Shown piece after piece: positions 9,820-18,771 of a stretch of 64,000 bases of DNA. The notes beneath the pieces were generated by a model. It was not told the origin of the DNA. It was given only the letters and a program-made list of their open reading frames with translations, and ran no database searches. Origin of the DNA: Candidatus Calditenuis fumarioli (GTDB lineage Archaea > Thermoproteota > Nitrososphaeria_A > Caldarchaeales > Calditenuaceae). Location of the stretch: the NCBI GenBank assembly GCA_030059665.1, contig JANVYR010000001.1:64001-128000 (forward strand). Reading direction: 5' to 3'. The position numbers were made by a program, and so were the translations under genes. Each line of letters opens with the position of its first letter. The stretch's first letter is position 1.

Positions 9820-12537
9820 TTACGGAGACCTGAGGCGTTTGAGCAGCTCGATGCTGGCGAAGGTGACCACTCCTCCGAGAACGCACCACAGCACGTCTTC
9901 CGGTGTCGGCACAGTGAGGTGGAGCAGCTCCCTCGTAACCGGAACCGATACGAGGACCGTGATCAGGATAAGCTCCCAGATCACCGAGAGCACCAACCAC
10001 CTGTGCGGCCTCACCCTGAAGACCGTATGCCTCAGTGACCTGCAGTTGAGGGCGACGACTAGCTCGATCGCGATGAATAGCAGGAATAGCCTGGTCCTGG
10101 CCGCATCGATGCCGTTCGGGAGGGCGAAGTAGAACGCGGCTATCAGCAGGGGCGACTCGACCACGACCGCCCTCACCAGGAAGCCGACGACCTCGGAGCT
10201 CAGCACTCCTTCCCCCCTCCTCGGTGGAGGTCTCCTCATCAGGTCCGGATCCGGTGGGCTGACGCCCAGCGCGAGGGCCGGCAATCCGTCCGTGGCCAGA
10301 TTGATGTACAGGACGTGGACCGGCAGAAGGGCCAGCGACTCCTCTCCCGAGTATCCGAGGGCCCTCAATATCACGAGAGTCGTGACGGAGAGGACGACGA
10401 TCTCGACGAGGTTCGCCTGGAGCAGGTACGCCAGGTACTTCTTGATGTTGTCGAAGATCCACCTCCCCAGCTCGATCGCCTTCACCAACGTCGACAGGCT
10501 GTCGTCCGTGAGTATGATGTCGGAGGCCTCCTTCGCCACCTCGGTCCCCCTCATCCCCATTGCAACACCTATGTCGGCCCTCTTCAGGGCTGGAGCGTCG
10601 TTGACCCCGTCACCGGTCATCGCAACGATGTAGTCCTTACGCTTCCAGGCCTCGACGATCTTCAGCTTCTGGGACGGCGTGGTCCTGGCGTAGACCCTGA
10701 CGCGCTCCACGACCTCTGCCAGCTCTTCGGCCGACATCCGCTCGAGCTCCTTCCCCGTCAGGACGAGGTCCACGTCGATCCCGCACTCCCGTGCGATCGA
10801 GACGGCTGTGAGCCTGTGGTCACCGGTTATCATGACAGGTATGACGCCTGCCGATTTGGCGGAGGATATGGCCTCAATCGCCCCTGGCCTCGGCGGATCG
10901 ATCATGCCCACGAGCCCCAGCAGGACCAGCGAGGACTCGGGGTCGTCGTCGGGCCCCGCCATCTCCTTGTAAGCCACCGCCAGCACCCTCATCCCCTCGG
11001 AGGCCAGCTGCTCGCTCACCTGAAGGACCCTCATCCTCTCGGCCTCGTCGAGCGGCCTCACCACACCGTCGCGCATGACCCGATCGCACCTAGAGAGAAC
11101 GACCTCGACCGCGCCCTTCACGTGAGAGACCAGCTTTCCATCGACCAGGTTGACCGTGCTCATCATCATCCTGTCGCTGGTGAAGGGCCTCTCCGAGACG
11201 CGCGGCGCAGCAGACCTGACCTCCTCGGGATCGATCCCTGTTCTCTTCGCGAGGACGAGGAGTGCCACCTCCGTCGGGTCTCCCGAGTGCTGGTGTTTGC
11301 CGTCAGGGGAGTGAAGCCTCGCGTCGTTGCAGAGGACGACCGCCCTGAGCAGGCTCCTGAGCGTGGGAGATTCCGGGGTGTAGGCCGAGCCGTCCTCTGA
11401 GACCAGACCACGATCGGAGTCCCTCAGCAGCCTGTCGTCGACGTAGACCGCCCTCACCACCTGCTCACCCTTGGTCAGGGTGCCCGTCTTGTCGAAGCAC
11501 ATCACCTGCGTTGATCCGAGGCTCTCGACCGCCGAAAGCCTCCTGACCAGCGCTCCGTGCTTGGCGAGCGTCCAGGCACCGATGGCGAGGGACGCGGTCA
11601 CGATCGCCGGCAGCGCCTCCGGAACTGCGGCCACCGCGAGGGCGACACTGAACAGGAAGACCTCCAGCAGGAAGCCGAGGCTCGCGTCACCTGCGATAAG
11701 GGATTCGATGAGCTCGACGACGAAGAGGACCGCGATGATCGCGAGCGCCAGAATGCCGAACTTTTTGCCGAGGTCCTCCATGCGTGCCTCGAGCGGCGTC
11801 CTCTCCTCCCGCATCTGACCCGTGAACTCGGCGATCCTCCCCAGCTCCGTCGATTTGCCTGTGGCGGTGACCACCGCCTTCCCCTTTCCGGAGACGACGA
11901 GGGTTCCGGCGTAAACCACGTTCACCCTGTCGGCCATCGGCGTCTCCTCAGGCAGGGGGTCTGTCCTCTTGTCGACGGGGACCGACTCACCGGTCAGGGG
12001 CGACTCGTCCACGCGGAGCCCGACCGACTCTATCACCCGCGCATCGGCAGCCACTATGTCTCCCTCCGACAGCACCAGAACGTCGCCCGGGACCACGTCC
12101 TCAGACGGTATCACCTGGACGGAGCCGTCCCTGAGCACCTTGCACCTGGGAGCCGTCAGCTCCCTCAGCTTCTCCAGCGCGCGCTCCGCCCTGTACTCCT
12201 GCAAAAAGCCCATCACCCCGATGAAGATCAGGATGACGCCGATCACGGCCGCCTCGATCACGTCACCCAGCAGCGCGCTGATCGCGGTCGCAGCCAGCAG
12301 TATCAGCACCAGCACGCTCCTGTACTGGTTCAGGAAGACCATCACGGGGTTCGGCCGCCTGACCTCGACGATCGCGTTGGGTCCGTGGATCCTCCTCCGG
12401 CGCTCGACCTCCTCGACCCTCAGCCCAGTCGCTGGATCGACGCCGAGCGCCCCGACCACCTCCTCGACCGTCATGCTGTGGTAGGCCCGACGGACCTCCG
12501 CCATCTCCTCCCCGACCCGGTCCGACGCCCCTCTCAA
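9820..12537 (-). CDS. P-type IIA cation (Ca2+) transporting ATPase; likely start ATG at 12504
   Basis: TGES, AVPEALP, DKTGTLT, KGAVE, TGDH, GDGVNDAPALK. Confidence 0.92.
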   Translation of the reverse strand: MRGASDRVGEEMAEVRRAYHSMTVEEVVGALGVDPATGLRVEEVERRRRIHGPNAIVEVRRPNPVMVFLNQYRSVLVLILLAATAISALLGDVIEAAVIGVILIFIGVMGFLQEYRAERALEKLRELTAPRCKVLRDGSVQVIPSEDVVPGDVLVLSEGDIVAADARVIESVGLRVDESPLTGESVPVDKRTDPLPEETPMADRVNVVYAGTLVVSGKGKAVVTATGKSTELGRIAEFTGQMREERTPLEARMEDLGKKFGILALAIIAVLFVVELIESLIAGDASLGFLLEVFLFSVALAVAAVPEALPAIVTASLAIGAWTLAKHGALVRRLSAVESLGSTQVMCFDKTGTLTKGEQVVRAVYVDDRLLRDSDRGLVSEDGSAYTPESPTLRSLLRAVVLCNDARLHSPDGKHQHSGDPTEVALLVLAKRTGIDPEEVRSAAPRVSERPFTSDRMMMSTVNLVDGKLVSHVKGAVEVVLSRCDRVMRDGVVRPLDEAERMRVLQVSEQLASEGMRVLAVAYKEMAGPDDDPESSLVLLGLVGMIDPPRPGAIEAISSAKSAGVIPVMITGDHRLTAVSIARECGIDVDLVLTGKELERMSAEELAEVVERVRVYARTTPSQKLKIVEAWKRKDYIVAMTGDGVNDAPALKRADIGVAMGMRGTEVAKEASDIILTDDSLSTLVKAIELGRWIFDNIKKYLAYLLQANLVEIVVLSVTTLVILRALGYSGEESLALLPVHVLYINLATDGLPALALGVSPPDPDLMRRPPPRRGEGVLSSEVVGFLVRAVVVESPLLIAAFYFALPNGIDAARTRLFLLFIAIELVVALNCRSLRHTVFRVRPHRWLVLSVIWELILITVLVSVPVTRELLHLTVPTPEDVLWCVLGGVVTFASIELLKRLRSP

Positions 12538-12590
12538 AACGTTACCCCAAATCTTCGCTGATGGACCTTTCCGCCGTCGCCTCGCTGCGT

Positions 12591-12602
12591 TAAACTTTAA
12601 GG
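12591..12602 (+). promoter_or_regulatory. BRE/TATA promoter of the tRNA-Gly-like gene
   Basis: TAAACTTTAAGG about 25 nt upstream of G1. Confidence 0.6.
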
Positions 12603-12625
12603 CTCGAGGAAGGAGCTCCGATCCG

Positions 12626-12699
12626 GCGGCCGTCGTCTAGCCTGGTAGGACGGCGGGGCCCCGGCCCGCAGATCCCGGGTTCAAATCCCGGCGGCCGCA
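12626..12699 (+). tRNA. tRNA-Gly(CCC)-like gene with atypical anticodon loop GCCCCGG
   Basis: Acceptor GCGGCCG/CGGCCGC, A73, D-arm GTCT..GGAC, anticodon stem GCGGG/CCCGC, T-arm CCGGG-TTCAAAT-CCCGG; loop lacks U33. Confidence 0.8.
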
Positions 12700-12769
12700 T
12701 ATGCTTCTAGAAACGACATCCGTGAAGGTTCTAGAGGCGAGCTGAGCGCCGTTGCTCGGTCGTTAAAGA

Positions 12770-14140
12770 ATGCTTAAAGATGAGCAAACAAGGAGTGCGA
12801 AATGGATGTCGGAACGAGAAGTAGACCGAAGGCGACACGAATTAAAAGCAAAGAAAGCAAGGGAATTAAAACCAGATAAACTAACGTTAGAACCTCGAAG
12901 GATCTACGTAAAGGACTTCGGCCCTATCAGGGAGGCTGATATTGAGTTGGGTAAGTTAACAATACTCATGGGACCGAATAACACAGGCAAGACCTTTACA
13001 GCTGCGCTGATACCTGCTCTAGAAGGTCTGATCATTAGCCTAACAATTATTGCAAGTGTGCCAATTTTCAAGTCTGATGAAAAGGAATATGAAAGATTTC
13101 TCAAAAACAGATTTAATGAGATTGTAATTAACATATATTCGGTTGATGATCCGAGACAGCTTATCAGACGAGGTTCTGATAATACAGTTTTAAGCTATTG
13201 GTTAAGTCCTATTGAAGTTTTGAAAGGAGATCACCAATTAAAAATAGAGTTCGATAGAACAGGTGGGATGACTTTTGATTTAGATGGGCTTAGGGAGTTG
13301 ATCAATAATAAAATAGCCCCCCTGTTATCTCCTGTTGTTTTCATACCTGCCGAGAGGGCAGGAATAATGAGGACCTACAAGCAGCTGCTCAGACTTCACT
13401 TAGAGACGAGCTGGTCTTTTGTTCCTCCATCGCTCAGGCAAAAGGTCGTGGAACTGTTAGGCAGCAAAGTGCGGCTTCCTGGACTCGTGAGGATGCTACT
13501 TGACGAGATACTCAGCATAGAGAGGTTCACCTTAGAGGAACGGCAGAGGTCCGATGTAGGAGGAGCACTAGAAGTGCTGGAGGAAGAAGTTCTGCGAGGA
13601 AGGTTAGAAATGGGGGAAGACCTTTCGGTAAAGTATCACGAGGCGGCAGCTGAGAACCCAATAGACCTGATTAATGCATCCTCCATGGTATCCGAAGTCT
13701 CAGCAATCTACCTGCTGTCTGGAATGTTGAGACGCGGCGGGTGGCTAATCATCGAGGAACCGGAGGCCCATGTCCATCCACGGGGACAGATGGGACTGGC
13801 CAGGTTCATGGCCAGGCTGGTCCGACTCGGCGTGAACGTCGTTGCCACCACCCACAGCGACCTGATAGCGCTCAAGCTGGCGCAGATGGTCGGCCTCGCC
13901 AAACTAAGCCCAGAGCAGCGGCGCAGTCTCGGGTACCGGGAAGACGAGTACCTCCAGAAGGACGAGCTCGCCCTTTACTTCTTTGAGCCGACGGAGAGCG
14001 GCTCCGTGACAAGGAAGGTGGAGGTCTCGGAGACCGGTGAGGTGGAGGACCTACCAACATATTCTAGAGTTACGGAGGAGATGTACGGTGAAGCCGTCAA
14101 ATTGCTCGAGCTTCATGGGAAAATTCCAAAACTACCTTAA
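12770..14140 (+). CDS. ABC-type ATPase (AAA_15/AAA_21-like); start may be ATG at 12806
   Basis: VKDFGPI, Walker A GPNNTGKT, IPAERAG, signature-like ASSMVSE, Walker B/D-loop IIEEPEAHVHP, H-loop TTHSD; no TM partner. Confidence 0.88.
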   Translation: MLKDEQTRSAKWMSEREVDRRRHELKAKKARELKPDKLTLEPRRIYVKDFGPIREADIELGKLTILMGPNNTGKTFTAALIPALEGLIISLTIIASVPIFKSDEKEYERFLKNRFNEIVINIYSVDDPRQLIRRGSDNTVLSYWLSPIEVLKGDHQLKIEFDRTGGMTFDLDGLRELINNKIAPLLSPVVFIPAERAGIMRTYKQLLRLHLETSWSFVPPSLRQKVVELLGSKVRLPGLVRMLLDEILSIERFTLEERQRSDVGGALEVLEEEVLRGRLEMGEDLSVKYHEAAAENPIDLINASSMVSEVSAIYLLSGMLRRGGWLIIEEPEAHVHPRGQMGLARFMARLVRLGVNVVATTHSDLIALKLAQMVGLAKLSPEQRRSLGYREDEYLQKDELALYFFEPTESGSVTRKVEVSETGEVEDLPTYSRVTEEMYGEAVKLLELHGKIPKLP

Positions 14141-14519
14141 ACACAGAAGCTCGGACCTGCAGTTTTACGACTTCGAGAACGCAGTGTTAACTGTGAACGG
14201 CGTGGAGAAAGCTAAGGGCGGGTGCGACTATGCCGTATTATCAAACGAAGGGGAGAACTGCAACCTCATACTCGTTGAGTGCAAGCGCGGACGACTTGGG
14301 GTAAGAGATTTCGAGCAAGGGAAAGCGCAGCTAGAGTGTGGGATCCGCTTCATTTTCAACGCGTTCGGCGAACCGCCTGATTTGGCGGTCCTATGCTGCG
14401 AGAAACTCGATCCTATGGTAACCAAGATTCTACAACTACCCAAAAACCAAAGATTGGTCCATAATGTCCCGCTCATCCGCAAAGGGCTAAAAGAATCCGA
14501 TTGTAGATGCTGCCGCTAA
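14115..14519 (+). CDS. Small Cys-rich protein with a PD-(D/E)XK-like motif, translationally coupled to the ATPase
   Basis: ATG at 14115 overlaps the ATPase stop by 26 nt; GCDYAVL...LILVECKRG (D..ExK); C-terminal CC and CRCC. Confidence 0.6.
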   Translation: MGKFQNYLKHRSSDLQFYDFENAVLTVNGVEKAKGGCDYAVLSNEGENCNLILVECKRGRLGVRDFEQGKAQLECGIRFIFNAFGEPPDLAVLCCEKLDPMVTKILQLPKNQRLVHNVPLIRKGLKESDCRCCR

Positions 14520-14585
14520 TGAGATTCGACCTCTTTCTCACTCTCGTGCACTTCAACCGGAAATCTCAACTCGTAGAAATCGTTG

Positions 14586-14674
14586 AGCCCCGGGAGGGAT
14601 TCGAACCCTCGACCACCGGCTCACCCGGATCAGGGTCATACGAGGCCGGCGCTCTACCGCTGAGCTACCGGGGC
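14586..14674 (-). tRNA. tRNA-Thr(CGT) with a 17-nt canonical 37/38 intron
   Basis: GCCCCGG/CCGGGGC, U73, loop CT-CGT-A^TGACCCTGATCCGGGTG^A; BHB central helix CTCG/CGGG. Confidence 0.92.
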
Positions 14675-14720
14675 CCTCGGCCGTATCGCCCTACCAGTTT
14701 GAATTTAACCCTCAGCCCCG

Positions 14721-15155
14721 TCAACGCCGTCTGGGCCTCGAGAGCCCCCAGCTGACCTTCTTCTCAGGAACAAGCTTGATCACCACCGCCTCGCCCTCGT
14801 CCCAGGGGTCGGCCCGGGCCCACTCGAACCTCTCGTAGAACACCTCCGAGACCCTCCTGAACTCCTCTCCGGAGGTCAGAAGCTCGACGGGCCCCTCGAC
14901 GAGGACTGCCCTGTTGGGCTTGTAGACGTCGACGACCAGCGCCGCGTAGGGGTTCCTCTCGAGGTTCCTGTGCTTCTTGGTTCCGGGATCCGTGACCATG
15001 TAGAACGCGCCGTCGAGGTAGACGTAGCAGATCGGTACGACGTGGGGCCTGCACCGCTCGTCGACCGTCGCCAAGCGGCAGAGCTCCATCCTCCTGAGGA
15101 ACTCCAGCTCGGCATCCGTGAAGCTCACCGGGGCCACAACCGTCCTGCCGCACAA
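14721..15155 (-). CDS. Pyridoxamine 5'-phosphate oxidase-like (PPOX/F420-dependent) protein
   Basis: RLATVD..PHVVPI, KKHRNLERNPYAALVVD. Confidence 0.8.
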   Translation of the reverse strand: MCGRTVVAPVSFTDAELEFLRRMELCRLATVDERCRPHVVPICYVYLDGAFYMVTDPGTKKHRNLERNPYAALVVDVYKPNRAVLVEGPVELLTSGEEFRRVSEVFYERFEWARADPWDEGEAVVIKLVPEKKVSWGLSRPRRR

Positions 15156-15231
15156 CGGCCTAATACCGCTATCCCGATCCGCGGAGCCGGAAATTCCCGT
15201 TTATTACGCGGTGGGGAAGTGCTGGGCCGAA

Positions 15232-15681
15232 TTGTGGCTCGAGGAGTTCCGGGAGGGGATGACGCTCTCAACGCGGAGCAGAACCGTTACGCCCTCCGAT
15301 GTGGACCTCTTCGCATCGCTCACTTGGGCCGTCAACCCGATCTTCCTCAGCGACGAGGTGGCGAGGTCCAGGGGCCTTCCCGGTAGGGTCGCACCGGGAG
15401 CGCTGACCCTCTCCTACGCGATCGGCCTCCTCTACCAGACCGGAGTCTTCGACCACATACAGGCGCTGACCAGGATATCGGAGGTCGAGTTCAAGTCTCC
15501 CGTAAGGCCTGGCGACGAGATCTCGGTCGAGGCCGAGGTGGTTGAAGTCAGGGAGGTGAGGCAGGACGCCGGTGCGGTCACTTTGAGGTTCAGGGTGCAG
15601 AACCTCAGCTCCGGAAGGACCTCGCTGACCGGGTCGCTAACCGTCATCGTCCTCAAATCGAGGCCGCAGGGCTCTAAGTGA
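15232..15681 (+). CDS. MaoC-family (hot-dog) dehydratase
   Basis: WLEEFREG, RTVTPSD..FA..T...NPI..S, VAPG, FKSPVRPGD; TTTATTA about 26 nt upstream of TTG 15232. Confidence 0.82.
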   Translation: MWLEEFREGMTLSTRSRTVTPSDVDLFASLTWAVNPIFLSDEVARSRGLPGRVAPGALTLSYAIGLLYQTGVFDHIQALTRISEVEFKSPVRPGDEISVEAEVVEVREVRQDAGAVTLRFRVQNLSSGRTSLTGSLTVIVLKSRPQGSK

Positions 15682-16466
15682 AAGAGTGCGAGCTCCCACC
15701 GGAATCGGCACTAACCGATTTATCCAGGGCCGGCGACGTGAACACGGAGAGGATGGAGTTCAGGATCAGCCGGATCGCCCCGAGGGCGAAGGTCCTCGTG
15801 ACGGGCCTGCCGGACATGGGGAACGTGGCCGGGATATCGATGGAGGTACTGGTGAGGTCCTGCAACCTCGAGGAGTTCGCATCGGCCCTCGGAGACTGGC
15901 CGCCGTTCGTCACCCACACCGGCAGCATGATCAGGTTCGAGCGGGGTTGGTACAGGTTCTACGGAAGCGACGCCCACGATTTCGTCGCGCTGACCGGGAG
16001 CTATCAGCCGCCAGAGTCGAACGCGCTTTACGAGCTCTGCAACGCGGTGCTCGACCTGGCCCAGTCGATAGGCGTGGAGACCGTCATCTCGCTCGGCGCA
16101 GCCCACTTCGGCGAGGGCTTCATCGAGAACCCAAGGGTGTTCTTCGCGGCAACCTCCGAGCGGATGGCTGAGAAGGCCAGGCTTCACGGCGCTCTGCCGT
16201 TGCCTGACGAGGGTTACATCACGGGCTACAACGGGCTCATCCACGGCCTCGCGATGGAGCGGGGCATGGAGGGCCTCTGCCTGCTGGGCGAGATCGGGAA
16301 CCCGCGAGTCAGGCAGCCGGCCGCGGCCAAGGCCGTCCTCCAGGTCCTCTCCTCGATGCTGAACGTCTCGATCGACTACACCGACTTGGACAGGGAGATA
16401 GAGCAGATGAGAGCGATGAGGGCCCTCAGGAGGTGGAGGAGGGACCAGCCGCCTGGCGTCATGTGA
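15678..16466 (+). CDS. PAC2-family proteasome assembly chaperone
   Basis: GLPDMGNVAG, YQP, ISLGA, ITGYNGLI, CLLGE, P.AAKAVL. Confidence 0.82.
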   Translation: MKECELPPESALTDLSRAGDVNTERMEFRISRIAPRAKVLVTGLPDMGNVAGISMEVLVRSCNLEEFASALGDWPPFVTHTGSMIRFERGWYRFYGSDAHDFVALTGSYQPPESNALYELCNAVLDLAQSIGVETVISLGAAHFGEGFIENPRVFFAATSERMAEKARLHGALPLPDEGYITGYNGLIHGLAMERGMEGLCLLGEIGNPRVRQPAAAKAVLQVLSSMLNVSIDYTDLDREIEQMRAMRALRRWRRDQPPGVM

Positions 16467-17238
16467 GCCGCAGCAGCCTCCTGATCAGGTACCTGAGGTT
16501 CCAGATGGCGAAGGTCAGGACGTCGTTCAGACCGAGCTTGCTCTTGCCCGAGAGGCGCGGCCTGAACCTGATCGGCACCTCGACTATCCTTGCGCCTGCC
16601 CTGAAGTAAGCGGCGAGGGTCTCGACCTGGAAGACGTAACCCTTCGTGGAAGGCGGTATGCCGGAAAGGACCCGGAGGAGCAGCGAGGAGGAGATGGCCC
16701 TGTAGCCGCTGGTGGCGTCCCTCACCCTGACGCCAGTGCAAAGCCTCGCGAGGAGGTTCGCGCCCCTACTGACGATCTCCCTGAGGCCCTGCCCTCCCTC
16801 CCATCCTCCGCCCTCCACGTACCTGGACCCGATCGCGACGTCCGCCTCTCCGGAGAGAACAGGCATCACGAGCCTCGGAAGGTCTTTTGGGTCGTGGCTT
16901 CCGTCGGCGTCCATCTCGACCAGCACCCGGACCGATTCGTCCTCCTCCAACGCCCTCCGGAAGCCCTCGAGGTAGGCGCTTCCGATCCCGGACTTGGCCG
17001 GCCTCACGATCAGCCTCACGCGCCTCTCGGTGGACATCAGCTGCCTCACCAGCTCCGCGGTACCGTCGGGGCTGCTGTCGTCCACCACCGTCACGGTGCC
17101 GTCGAGTCCAGCCCTATTCATCGCCTCCAGGACCTCGCCGAGGACCCTGAGGACGTTGCCCGCCTCGTTGTAGGTCGGGATGATCACCGCCACCCTTCGC
17201 GGCCCTGCACCCTCTCCACCCGTGCCGGATCCGCCCAA
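16459..17238 (-). CDS. Polyprenol-phosphate mannose synthase (GT2, Dpm1-like)
   Basis: IPTYNEA, VDDSSPDGT, MDADGSHDP, GSRYVEGG, DATSGYRA. Confidence 0.9.
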   Translation of the reverse strand: MGGSGTGGEGAGPRRVAVIIPTYNEAGNVLRVLGEVLEAMNRAGLDGTVTVVDDSSPDGTAELVRQLMSTERRVRLIVRPAKSGIGSAYLEGFRRALEEDESVRVLVEMDADGSHDPKDLPRLVMPVLSGEADVAIGSRYVEGGGWEGGQGLREIVSRGANLLARLCTGVRVRDATSGYRAISSSLLLRVLSGIPPSTKGYVFQVETLAAYFRAGARIVEVPIRFRPRLSGKSKLGLNDVLTFAIWNLRYLIRRLLRLT

Positions 17239-17298
17239 GTCGCCTCCCCGGATTCCCGAACTTTCCGCTCATACCTCCTCAAAACTTAAATCTGGGGC

Positions 17299-17631
17299 AT
17301 GGGATCTGGTGGGCGAATAATGGTGGATTCGTGTCCCACGTGCGGCCTGCCGAGGAGCCTGTGCGTCTGCCAAACGATCGCCTACGAGAAGCAGAAGGTG
17401 AAGGTCAAGCTGGAGACGAAGAAGTGGAACAAGGTCACGACCGTGATCGAGGGGCTGGCCGACTCGGGGATAGACCTGGAGGACCTGACGTCGAAGCTGA
17501 AGACGAAGTGCGCCTGCGGTGGTGCGGTCAAGAACGGCGTCATCATGCTCCAGGGCGACCAGCGGGAGAAGGTCGTGAGGATCCTCTCGCAGGAGCTCGG
17601 GATCATGCCGGAGAACATAGAGGTCATCTGA
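17299..17631 (+). CDS. sui1: Translation initiation factor SUI1/aIF1
   Basis: CPTCGLP..LCVC, KVTTVIEGL, KLKTKCACGG, LQGDQR. Confidence 0.92.
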   Translation: MGSGGRIMVDSCPTCGLPRSLCVCQTIAYEKQKVKVKLETKKWNKVTTVIEGLADSGIDLEDLTSKLKTKCACGGAVKNGVIMLQGDQREKVVRILSQELGIMPENIEVI

Positions 17632-17709
17632 GGTCGTTCGTCATAGGTATGGCTGGGAAGGAGAGGACGATAAAACGGAGAAGAAACGAAGCGAACGGCT
17701 ACGCGCCTA

Positions 17710-18663
17710 TCAGCCGGAGACCTCTGCGGGCTGCTTCCCCTCGAGGACCTCCTTCAAACCCTTGAACCTGTTCCTCACCGTTACCTCGGTGACGCCCGCG
17801 GCCCTCGCGATGTCCTTCTGGGTCACGTTCTGCATCGTCTCCTGGCAGGCCATGTAGAGCGCTGCGGCCGCTATGCCGACCGGGTCCTTCCCGATGGTGG
17901 CACCCCGCTTCGCGGCCTCCTTGAGCAGCCTGATCGCCTCCTGCACCGTCCGCTCGTCGACGTTGACCTTCGAGGCTATCTTGGAGACGTAGATCGACGG
18001 ATCCGTGACGGGCACCTTCAGGTTCAGGTGCTTCAGCATCAACCGGTAACCCTGCGCGATCGTCTTCCTCTTCACGAGCGGGTACGCCTTCTCGAACTCC
18101 CTCAGGTCCCTCGGCACACCGCTGAGCCTGCAGGCAGCGTAGACCGCAGCCGCCATGATGCTCCTGATCGACCTGCCCCTGACGAGCCCTGCCTTGAGCG
18201 CCTTCCTGTAGATCAGCATCGCCTGCTCAGCGACTGACTGGGGAAGGTTCAGCTTGTCCATGTAGATGCCGAGGATGTTCGCCGCCTGCTGGAGGTTCCT
18301 GGTCTCGGACGCGTTGACCTGCGAGGTCTGGTCGAGCTTCTTCAGCCTCAGCATCTTCTCCTTCGCCTCCTTCGGGAGCTTCCTTCCTCCGGCGTCCTCG
18401 CTGGTCTGGTCGATCACCGTCGAGAGCCCGAAGTCCTTGTACATGATCGAGAGCGGAGCGCCGGCCCTGGCCTTGCTTCCCTCTCCCTCCTCGACGTTCC
18501 TCCACTCCGGTCCCCTGTTGACGCCGCGCTCTATGACGACCGCACCGCACTCCTGGCATGAGACCTCTCCCGTGACCGGATCGGTGACGAGCTTCGTGCT
18601 GCCGCACTCCGGGCACATCAGGTCCTCCCTCCAAGCCCTTACCTTACCGCTCATCTGGTCCAC
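17710..18663 (-). CDS. tfb: Transcription initiation factor IIB
   Basis: CPECG...CQECG zinc ribbon, GPEWR, two cyclin repeats, GVTEVTVRNR. Confidence 0.95.
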   Translation of the reverse strand: MDQMSGKVRAWREDLMCPECGSTKLVTDPVTGEVSCQECGAVVIERGVNRGPEWRNVEEGEGSKARAGAPLSIMYKDFGLSTVIDQTSEDAGGRKLPKEAKEKMLRLKKLDQTSQVNASETRNLQQAANILGIYMDKLNLPQSVAEQAMLIYRKALKAGLVRGRSIRSIMAAAVYAACRLSGVPRDLREFEKAYPLVKRKTIAQGYRLMLKHLNLKVPVTDPSIYVSKIASKVNVDERTVQEAIRLLKEAAKRGATIGKDPVGIAAAALYMACQETMQNVTQKDIARAAGVTEVTVRNRFKGLKEVLEGKQPAEVSG

Positions 18664-18771
18664 CTACCTCCGACAGGGTTTATGCGGAACCCCATCAACC
18701 ACAAATAAGTTTTACCTTTAGATAAATGTTGCGGTAAATGGCGTGCCGGCGTTATTCCGGTATCACTTGAA

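Larger units (their letters stand above)
12700..14585. other. AT-richer accessory island between two tRNA genes
   Basis: Visibly A/T-rich sequence and codon usage against the GC-rich flanks; contains only the ATPase and its partner gene; no integrase or att repeat seen. Confidence 0.7.

Noticed and set aside
12626-12699. Reading the odd tRNA as Arg(CCG) or as an intron-containing or split tRNA
   Set aside because: Stem pairing fixes the anticodon at CCC, the acceptor identity is Gly-like, the length is normal and there is no BHB motif.
12700-14585. Integrated element (provirus or plasmid) at a tRNA
   Set aside because: No integrase or transposase and no duplicated tRNA 3' end (att) seen, so it is kept only as an accessory island.
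18670-18692. GGGTT-N7-AACCC hairpin in the tfb 5' region
   Set aside because: A 5-bp stem is expected by chance; no supporting evidence.
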